Source: Pseudomonadota bacterium
GTDB lineage: Bacteria; Desulfobacterota; Desulfobacteria; Desulfobacterales; JBDRRP01
Length of the DNA stretch: 64,000 nt
Reading direction: 5' to 3'
Assembly: GCA_043825735.1 (NCBI GenBank)
Contig: JBDRRP010000107.1
Location: 124,001 to 188,000, forward strand
Shown: in pieces, positions 59,001 through 64,000 of the stretch
Layout of the letters: each line of letters starts with the position of its first letter
Numbering within the stretch: the stretch's first letter is position 1
Program-made: the position numbers and the translations under genes
The notes under the pieces: model-generated
What the model was told of the DNA's origin: nothing
The model's input: only the letters and a program-made list of their open reading frames with translations
Database searches by the model: none

Positions 59001-59716
59001 GATACAATGTCGGGAGAAGCACCCTGCCGGACAGTGGCGAGGACGATGACGACGAAAAAGGCACCGGCATCATCACCGCCTCCGGTGGCGGCATCAACAT
59101 CTTCTCCATCGGGGACGTGAACGTCAATGAATCCCGCGTCATGACGTTTCTGGGCGGGGATATCACCATCTGGAGTGACCAGGGGAGCATCAACGCCGGC
59201 CGGGGTGCGCGGACTGCCGTGAGCGTGGACCCGCCGGAGCCCGTGCCGGACGATAACGGCGTACTGGTGCTTCAGTTCACTCCCCCGGCCGTCGGCAGCG
59301 GCGTGCGGACGCTGACATACGATCCCGACGGCATCGAAGGGCCGAAAACCGAACCGCTGGCCGGCGACGTATACCTGTTTGCCCCGGAAGGGATCATCGA
59401 CGCAGGGGAAGCCGGTATCTCGGGACGTCGCGTGGTGTTAGGTGCCACGGCCGTGCTGAACGCTCAGAACATCACTTTCTCAGCCGGCTCTGTGGGTGTG
59501 CCGGTGGGCGGTGATACTGCCATTTCATTAGGGGCACTATCCGGCGTCGGTGCCTTGTCAGAAACCAAGGCACTGGCGGACCAGACGGCGGTGAATCAGT
59601 CCGGCGGTAAACGGTTGAACGACAGCGAGAGCCAGTTGGCCGAATCGCTGATGCCGAGTTGGCTTGATGTACGGGTCATCTCCTTCGAAGAAGAAGAAGA
59701 AGAAGAAGAAGAATAA
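50030..59716 (+). CDS. Filamentous-haemagglutinin-family TpsA exoprotein, DUF3739-type C-terminus (3228 aa)
   Basis: TPS domain (WASFNIG, LNRI, VFLVNQNGIVFG), beta-helix repeats, C-terminal GDITIWS..INAGRG...LFAPEGIIDAGEAGI. Confidence 0.93.
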   Translation: MNIIRKHLKRFRFIQYWLVLSLFISPTGAGAKTIFQGAFRNTTPPPSGTVPVLLPGFVPSGASVDDPVTQAGAEYPILVKIRQDADSPKVTLKWASFNIGDQVNVHFDQANSSDVALNRIYDQSPSLIYGKLSATGRVFLVNQNGIVFGPGSEVNLNTLIASSLNISDSDFEKGLWRFQAENYLGKADYTLPGAVSNHGDILLDPLGGVYLVAPNVENAGTITAPIGQIGLAAGTDVEIAPDPFPNSTRGALVVNARAGAGTAENLAGGRLEAETGTIGMYGKVVRQEGLIRAVTAIRRKGQIELRASDRVETVAGSVIETPITESDEAVHESFDFAGGTIRIEGLDAANPVNPQIPVPTFDHHGTISAPAGTITVNAGQRIFLDTRSVIDVGGIWAQRSAADNIVSMQLNSVELRDDFFQKGGFLQGKTVYFHRIHGTAIGNAAAHLQSDVLTAQERAVSGGVINLTAGAGDIIIKSDALLDFSGGGYRYAGGTVETTQLFSQNVTFNIADAPSNIRYDRMALQGEYSQAYTEGADAGQLNLHGRRIVLDGRIDGSATQGIYQTAAAEPVNAHGFQKAKGWILPKGGDLYIGRPFTGSSPEIKNAIVEDILIEGALDPLPLSFKVDDDLPSLYDSGRTNANGDPLRLTRLSSDTLSNAGLGSLVIYANTGVSITPEARISLAPESRVSITARSILHQGTISVPAGSVALAVADNKTSFDQVFGQDNRDYHVEMAERILLDTGSVISVAGERVNNNQTNQAPSVRPAKLAGGSISALDNTVAGADIVMKAGAALDVSGGYELDARGGLDSGAAGSITLRARSLALDGRIEGFSFQGEEGGRLDLGAWNIRVANEHIALPESFEMADRLPEGLMNSLLLDPAMPAAGGFTKIALQSVFDATVSSGITLAPSFQKRGLDGQRRLTRLTVAPEEIGGSSIAITAGQDPPNMPTNENDLAVLTVEPFAAIVAAPGGSINLSAPAVRIDGALRAPAGTVAAKATQKDLVTGNGAVLYAGGFLKPDRSARLPGGLMGYTPMDAGSVSLSASTGTLKLSAGSIIDVSGTAAVSDLVFDAGRYQWVNHAGAAGSLSLVVSDTDAMVLDGTLNGKAFLNSVPGGVLSIQGTDAAKALMISGGQLQGWADSGFGAIRLASTSAVRFSGTAAIDLSQDFTIDAPRIEDALVGGTVAAEADASDITIRANSVHLTNTFWPGTVASQGGNARLSITGGQVDVEGGIVFSRFGQVSIAAEGDLTLADRLYRMEGRDPLWRGEVISSGDITLKARRIYPRQVFDELDPSKASPSTVRIQAGDILTVLPGISQAVDTPIHSAGGDLTLIAGGIDIKGYLAAPLGTITITATDRAYLDGGSRLSVAGAADVHYGKADEVFWYTFSKEDGSTDAPVTVDAAPEKAIHISGSEVIFRDGAEIDISGGGSLFAYAFYPSPEGSVNPFSAGGRKVVMPAGLAPVSGEALYLEGAGALPAGNYVVVPESFGFSPEAYIIEPVDMMPAPGRQIRTAEGYPVAAGYETIVGTGYRSAQSRGYAVRKASEVKSSEGYFVYREIDAGDAGKLVIDGAVSTVMQGNIIADAVPGFRPASLSLSGREITVALSGSEKLDNFDFDTPLSETYRNKLYLDAAAVGQMQLETLNLGNTASTTRISLAEGTRLRAEHVSLNAEGDILMNGDAAIMGIGDSATASLVTTGGSIHISALAQVTASGNISIDTGSLVMAGVLNAGGGLILSSKTLSLKSDRMTLLAAGADATAHTGSLILGSALWTTFGQYAGVTLTGREQLVFDGDATLSVSTTAIGFDTPWIVGRDATGDGKALVTIDAKSIGLKNSSLVTDAVGIGGQGSITLVGDTVELGHGNIGFDGFGLVEVNSDDIMAVRGEGAIHSGGGIKLTASKMITGFYQDENIASENAGYAFTAAAGNIEIAGTGVNSDTESIPGGRLHFEGTSITLDTHIETPSGQVVFLATGSGAGDGIFLGADADIIARGTDHFSGGSVSLTSTGGKISLAKGSMIDVSAGAQGDAGSLALSAVTLGVSIQGELHGNAEGVGRLGGSFFLETDSLDIVPGTGENRLGTVIQLLSGTQGGFDKDITIRTRSGDLSVPTGLAIEGRTVSLTADTGNIELSGRIDASGADGGGMVRLNAGGDWITLWSGSQIAANGLSDGVAGGDISLGVGKNGYIVLMRSTLNVSPGNGGEGGGIYLRAPRNAANDDVNVYFLGARIDGASRVTVEGVGAPITASTVTSGMQAMTDWKTSAEVFMGSLVTVGETTKTNRQVIVDRLAGGLLNDGGEVPIDVIPGLEIVNDGDIRLGDLNDAQLSSLDLSAWRFDGRAGAMTIRAGGNLTITDHLVDHPTIGIRKNAETTGSGSWAITLAAGADLTSTDPFAINYGVGDLELTNGVMVYSESAPIRLASGNDTIIGTASTTSYMVNTATRYNLGTFDGDITGRVGGDLEINGGVIQSALGDIDIDTKGNLYLNLDTGIKGSIRTTGAAAGTAYNDYWRYSGGGDIRLTIGGSVTGGVYEGGWDHNYKSRAPYEWAASYQNNKVTSGLATMGGGDLTVFTGGNFYTQAGTFGEGDLRIFARGDVDGRFLVKAGHDSSIESLGNFGSKPLLSNQAIEMFDARVGITALGNVSIGAVVNPTIARANFNGVFWNLTYTEASAIDIAAVTGSVTLHGDSRYYNNIGTAIQLESILPGTVSIFAGQDIRLLNEFAMAPAAEGNLTLNAGGTIDGIYTKPNDPQFYYALIAMSDLPPEAVYGAHRDFDTSRLFSGARDLESHADLPIHGASDTTEVRITAGEDIRNLFLTLPEPAVIRADRDIRNINYFGQNIRSGDVSILSAGRDISQNSPTNRTTAGITQNGPGALVVIAGNTIDLGNSEGIQLTGAAFNTALDSDGSELLLMAGYSSAPSIVDTEAFFNQVRKAGEDYSLLMASGNRAGAKQYIDQFRSDTVDDFFGETAKGAGDIDMITSQISSGAGGDIYVLNRGRYNVGRSTLPDSGEDDDDEKGTGIITASGGGINIFSIGDVNVNESRVMTFLGGDITIWSDQGSINAGRGARTAVSVDPPEPVPDDNGVLVLQFTPPAVGSGVRTLTYDPDGIEGPKTEPLAGDVYLFAPEGIIDAGEAGISGRRVVLGATAVLNAQNITFSAGSVGVPVGGDTAISLGALSGVGALSETKALADQTAVNQSGGKRLNDSESQLAESLMPSWLDVRVISFEEEEEEEEE

Positions 59717-59753
59717 AGTCGCTACGCGATTTTATATGTAAATACTGATTGAA

Positions 59754-61559
59754 TTGGAGGTCGGGTTGGGAAGAATGAATATTCAAAAAGTTGTCTTGTA
59801 TTTACTTTTGACCACTTGTTTTTTACATACGGGATTCGCCGCAGGCGAATCCCATGCGTGGTGGAACGACCAGTGGAAATATCGGAAGAAAATCACTCTC
59901 AACACATCTGCCACGGGGGGCGAAATCCAGAGCAGCCTTGCTGATTTCCCGCTACTGCTGCGGCTTCATTCAGCCAACTTGACTTTTGTCAACGTTAAGG
60001 AAACCGGAGAAGACATCCGGTTCGTTGCGGCAGACGACAAGACACTGCTCAAGCACCACATGGAGCAGTTTGATGGGTTGGGTGAGATGGCGCTGGCCTG
60101 GGTGAAGGTGCCAAGCATAGCGGGCAACTCGCCGGCCAACAGCATCTGGATGTATTACGGCAATCAGGATGCCGCCGGGGCCGAAGACATGAAGGGCACG
60201 TATGAAGGCGGGTTCGTGGGCGTCTACCATTTCAACCAGATCGAAGGCATTCCGCAGGACGCGAGTTCCTACGGCAACAATGCCGCCGAGTTCACGGCCG
60301 CCATGGGACTGCCCGGCGTGATCGGCAACGGCGCCACTTTCAGCGGGGCCGGGGACCGGATGCGGATTGCGGATTCACCGTCGCTGAATTTTTCAAGCGG
60401 GTTCACCATTTCAACCTGGTTCAAACTACCGCAGCTTCAAAAGGATGCCTACCTGTTCTTCAAGGGTAGTGATTCGAGCGCCCTGCTTGTCGGCACGAAT
60501 GGCAACGATGTGTTCTGCCGTCTCACGATCAGTGAGAAGAAAACCCTGGAGACGATCACCAACGCCGAACTGACGTTGGACACGTGGCACCACCTTGCAG
60601 TGACCGGCATGGCGGGCGGCAAATTGCAGATTCTTATCGACGGCATCGACAGGAGTGGGATCGATCTGCCGCCGGTCCTGCCGGAAATCAAGGGAGATGT
60701 CTTCATCGGATCGGCTGCCGACGGCAGCCACGGATTCGCCGGGGATCTGGACGAGCTGAAAATCTCCGCCATGGGCCGCACCCCGGACTGGTCCGTCGCC
60801 GGGTTCCGATCCCAGGGGCCCGAAGCGGCGCTGGCATCCTTCGACTTGGAAGAGGTGACCGAGAGCGGCGGCATGCCGGTATTCTATCTTGCCACCGTTT
60901 TCAAGAACATCACCCTCGACGGTCTGGTGATTATCGGCATGCTCATGATTCTGGCGCTGTTCAGCTGGATCATCATGATCAGCAAGGCGGCCTTTTTGTG
61001 GCTGCTGGGCAGCGACAATGCCAAATTTCGCGACCTCTACCGCCAGGCGGAAGACGTGGCGACCGTGCCCGCCGACAAGGCCTCGCTCAGCAACTCCTCG
61101 TTTTTCAGGATCTATCGAGGCGGCATGGACAGCATCAAAGCCTGGTTTGGCGAGTCCTCGGCGGAAAATCCCTGGCGACGGCCGCTGACCGTCAAGGAGA
61201 TCAAGACGTTCAAGAATGCGCTGGAAAAAGGGCTGATCGAGGAGGCCCGGCGAATGAACACCTGGCTCATCGTATTGATCATGTCCATCTCAGGTGGGCC
61301 GTTCCTGGGTCTGCTGGGAACGGTGTGGGGGGTCATGAACACCTTTGCCGCCATGGCCGAAGCGGGTGAGGCCAATATCGCGGCCATTGCCCCGGGCGTT
61401 GCCTCGGCCCTGGCAACGACGGTATTTGGTCTCATCGTCGCCATCCCGGCGCTCTTTGGCTACAACTTTCTGGCCGGTCGCATCAAGGACATCACGGCGG
61501 AGATGGCCGTATTCGTGGACGACCTGGCCCTGACCATGGAAAACCGGCACGCGGAGTAG
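59754..61559 (+). CDS. DUF2341 + LamG-like + MotA/TolQ/ExbB fusion
   Basis: WWNDQWKYRKKI, DIRFV, WVKVP, WMYYGN; WHHLAVT, LDELKIS; GPFLGLLGTVWG, IAPGVASAL. Start may be ATG 59775. Confidence 0.92.
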   Translation: MEVGLGRMNIQKVVLYLLLTTCFLHTGFAAGESHAWWNDQWKYRKKITLNTSATGGEIQSSLADFPLLLRLHSANLTFVNVKETGEDIRFVAADDKTLLKHHMEQFDGLGEMALAWVKVPSIAGNSPANSIWMYYGNQDAAGAEDMKGTYEGGFVGVYHFNQIEGIPQDASSYGNNAAEFTAAMGLPGVIGNGATFSGAGDRMRIADSPSLNFSSGFTISTWFKLPQLQKDAYLFFKGSDSSALLVGTNGNDVFCRLTISEKKTLETITNAELTLDTWHHLAVTGMAGGKLQILIDGIDRSGIDLPPVLPEIKGDVFIGSAADGSHGFAGDLDELKISAMGRTPDWSVAGFRSQGPEAALASFDLEEVTESGGMPVFYLATVFKNITLDGLVIIGMLMILALFSWIIMISKAAFLWLLGSDNAKFRDLYRQAEDVATVPADKASLSNSSFFRIYRGGMDSIKAWFGESSAENPWRRPLTVKEIKTFKNALEKGLIEEARRMNTWLIVLIMSISGGPFLGLLGTVWGVMNTFAAMAEAGEANIAAIAPGVASALATTVFGLIVAIPALFGYNFLAGRIKDITAEMAVFVDDLALTMENRHAE

Positions 61560-61562
61560 CCC

Positions 61563-61970
61563 ATGCGACGCAATCTGTTCGAACAATCGGTGTTTGATGA
61601 AATCAACGTAACGCCGCTGCTGGACCTGGCCTGGACCCTGCTGGTCGTGTTTATCATCGCCGTGACGGCGGCGGTTCAGGGAATCAAGGTCAATTTGCCC
61701 AAGGCCAGCAACGTGCCCAGCATGGTGAAGCCAAAAACCAAGGCGATCACCATCGCCGCCAACGGGCAGATGTATCTGGACGCCTTTCCGGTGAGCATGC
61801 AGGATCTGGAAACGCGGCTTCGCCAGTACAAGGCCATCGACCCCAACTTCCCGGTGGTCATCAAGGGGGACTCCAAGATCTACTACCAGGCCGTCATCGA
61901 TGTTCTGGACCTGCTTCAGAAGCTGGAGATCACCCAGATGGGACTGGTGACGCAGAAGCTGGTGAAGTAG
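61563..61970 (+). CDS. exbD: ExbD/TolR biopolymer transport protein
   Basis: EINVTPLLDLAWTLLVVFII, VNLPKA, VVIKGD. Confidence 0.92.
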   Translation: MRRNLFEQSVFDEINVTPLLDLAWTLLVVFIIAVTAAVQGIKVNLPKASNVPSMVKPKTKAITIAANGQMYLDAFPVSMQDLETRLRQYKAIDPNFPVVIKGDSKIYYQAVIDVLDLLQKLEITQMGLVTQKLVK

Positions 61971-62128
61971 AACAGCATGCCGAGGGCTGAAGACTGAAGG
62001 AAAACCAAAGATGGATCGCGCAGAGACGCTGAGGCGCAGAGAAAAGCAAATAGAATGGTGAAGACTTGAAGGGGCGGAGCGTGAGGGCGGATGGCGGATT
62101 GCAAAGAACAGGAAACGCGGGCGGCTAT

Positions 62129-62223
62129 CAACGCTCTTAACAAACCTAACGCTCTTAACAAACCTAACGCTCCTAACGAACCTAACGCTCCAAACGAACC
62201 TAACGCTCTAAACGATCCCAACG
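62129..62223 (+). repeat. Tandem array of 18-bp (2x9) units AACGCTCYTAACRAACCT
   Basis: About five degenerate copies; no unique spacers. Confidence 0.85.
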
Positions 62224-62261
62224 AATGTGGTGAATCGCAAAAAGGCTTTGCTTTTAACCTC

Positions 62262-62305
62262 AAACCTTGAACTTTGAACCCGGAACGCGGCGCAGCCGCC
62301 AACCA
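62262..62305 (+). repeat. Heptamer repeat plus GAACGCGGCGCAGCCGCC tail
   Basis: Second copy of the 29281 unit. Confidence 0.75.
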
Positions 62306-62318
62306 CCAACCGACTTTT

Positions 62319-63005
62319 ATGAAAAACCGGAATCAAAAAGTTGTGATCCTTACCGGCGCATCGGTCATCGCCCTGTGCATGATCTGCGTCGGGGTGTGGA
62401 TCATCAAAATGCTGGTAGCCGACGACAGCCAGAAGCGCCACCGGAGGATCCAGCAGATCACCATGCTCAAACCGCCGCCGCCGCCGAAGGTCAAGGAAAT
62501 GCCGCCGCCGCCCGAGATCAAGAAGAAAGATGAGATCGTCGAGCAGCCGCCGGAGGAGACTCCGCCGGAAGACCAGCAGGATGCCAGCGACGAACCGCCG
62601 CCGGGTGACGACCTCGGGCTCGACGCCGACGGGTCGGGCGGTGCGGACGGATTCGGGCTGCGTGCCAAGAAGGGTGGGCGGGCGCTCATCGGGGGGGGAC
62701 TGGGGACGAACTCACTTCTCCGAAAATATGCCTGGTACACTGAAATTCTGCAGAGCGAGATTAGAAAGCGGGTGAGAAAGTACCTGGAAGAAAACGGGGG
62801 CGTTCCCAGCGGCAGTCTCAATACCTACGTCAAGATCCGTATAGACGCGGCTGGACGCATCAACAACTTCAAAATATACGGATCTTCGGGAAATGCCTCC
62901 ATGGATCAAGCGGTCACCGAGGCCATCAAGATCACCCAATTCGGTGAAACGCCGCCGGATGGGATGCCCCTTACCATGAAGCTGAAGATATCGTCGAAGG
63001 GATAG
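62319..63005 (+). CDS. tonB: TonB/TolA-family energy transducer
   Basis: N-terminal TM, Pro/Glu-rich linker, C-terminal SSGNASMDQAV. Confidence 0.85.
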   Translation: MKNRNQKVVILTGASVIALCMICVGVWIIKMLVADDSQKRHRRIQQITMLKPPPPPKVKEMPPPPEIKKKDEIVEQPPEETPPEDQQDASDEPPPGDDLGLDADGSGGADGFGLRAKKGGRALIGGGLGTNSLLRKYAWYTEILQSEIRKRVRKYLEENGGVPSGSLNTYVKIRIDAAGRINNFKIYGSSGNASMDQAVTEAIKITQFGETPPDGMPLTMKLKISSKG

Positions 63006-63184
63006 AAGGGCAGGGGACAGACGGAAAGACAGTGGGCAGAGAACAGGGGGAAGAAAATTCCGGCTATTGGTTATGCACCATTCTCCAGTGACTGGGCATG
63101 CGTTGCCTGGAAAGATGATATTCTTCGCTGCAACGAGAGCGCCTGGCGTGGGATCCCAAACGGGCGGCCCGGACCACGAGATAA

Positions 63185-63281
63185 TGTAGGGTGCGGGGTT
63201 TATCCCCGCCCGTACTCGGGTAACCGGAGACGATTGGGTCATCTTCGCCAATCGTGGGAGGGGATAATCCCCTCCCCCACA
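63185..63281. repeat. Pair of GTAG-type REP-like hairpins
   Basis: gtagggtgcggggtttatccccgccc and gggagggggataatcccctccc; a similar pair lies at about 29121-29210. Confidence 0.55.
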
Positions 63282-63349
63282 AAAGTGCATAACCGGATTC
63301 CGGATTAAGGCTATGTCACCACAGAAGAGCGGGGAAAACGGAGTTTTTA

Positions 63350-63412
63350 AACCTTAAATCTTGAACCTTGAACTTCGAACCCTGAACCCTGAACGCGGCG
63401 ACGCCGCCTACC
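63350..63412 (+). repeat. Heptamer repeat plus GAACGCGGCGACGCCGCC tail
   Basis: Third copy of the 29281 unit. Confidence 0.75.
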
Positions 63413-63440
63413 AGAAACGTTTTTTGTCGGGAGTTTACCT

Positions 63441-64000
63441 TTGAGAAAACAACGAACTTTGATCGCGGCACTCGTTATCGCCGGCATGCTGCTGGTGTCG
63501 CCGTGTATCGGATTTCCCGAAAGTCAGCAGGACGCCGGAAAGGGGTTCGAAGGTACCGAAGCACTCATTGAACTCCTTAAGGAAAAAGGCGTCATCACGG
63601 AAAAAGAGGCTGAGCGGTTCGTTGACCGGTATCGCACCAATGAACGGCGGCAGCCGTCTCAGGTGATCACCATCGTCCCCCGGGAACAGTCCGACGAAAT
63701 GGTGACACGCATGACCCGGCAGGTCACCGACCAGGTGACCAATGACCTTCAGAATGTCCAGCAGGACCTGGACGGAATGAGCGAAGAATTGCTGCGGCGT
63801 TCACGGCTCCAGGAGAAAAAAATCGAAGATCTCGAACGGGTGCTCAAGGATGACCACGGCACCAAGCTTTTCAATTCGAGCTGGGCCCAGCGCATCCGGT
63901 TCGGAGGAGACGTCAGGCTTCGTCACCGCAGGGATTTTTATGCCAAGGACAATGCGAGATTCGTTCCCAAAGTCGGCAGCCTGACCGAATATAAAGACAT
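63441..64000 (+). CDS. Putative porin, truncated by the window edge (not in ORF track)
   Basis: TTG after GGGAG; signal peptide, LIELLKEKGVITEKEA, coiled coil, SWAQRIRFGGDVRLR. Confidence 0.8.
   Translation, partial: MRKQRTLIAALVIAGMLLVSPCIGFPESQQDAGKGFEGTEALIELLKEKGVITEKEAERFVDRYRTNERRQPSQVITIVPREQSDEMVTRMTRQVTDQVTNDLQNVQQDLDGMSEELLRRSRLQEKKIEDLERVLKDDHGTKLFNSSWAQRIRFGGDVRLRHRRDFYAKDNARFVPKVGSLTEYKD

Noticed and set aside
62129..62223. Possible CRISPR array
   Set aside because: Units are contiguous with no unique spacers, and no cas genes are present.

Overview
GC-rich bacterial DNA, probably Desulfobacterota (inferred from gene content and repeat style). Left part (1-27 kb): an AT-richer edge with small Cys/His Zn-finger-like ORFs, a TPR protein, a VKOR-DsbA fusion, a REC-CBS regulator, pstSCAB, two sensor kinases and a type II secretion cluster (gspF,G,H,I,J,K,L,M,C,D plus divergent exeA/exeB; no gspE, N or O). 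Pho-box-like direct repeats lie upstream of pstS, the kinase operon and the T2SS. Middle (27-35 kb): two self-complementary intergenic elements, lapG-lapD, a TPR lipoprotein and an AAA_14/DUF4143 ATPase. Right part (35-64 kb): a candidate cell-surface system. It has an unusual exosortase, three VPxPA/PEP-CTERM-type proteins, a 16-Cys PstS/DING-like protein, two FKBP/SlyD-type chaperones, a TpsB transporter, a 3228-aa TpsA (DUF3739-type C-terminus), DUF2341-LamG-ExbB, ExbD, TonB and a putative porin. Upstream of the main run are a small DUF2292-like ORF with an attenuator-like leader and a c-di-GMP-I (GEMM) riboswitch carrying a ~145-nt insertion in P3. Several families of short intergenic repeats recur. 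All family calls come from motifs recognised by eye; no database search was run.
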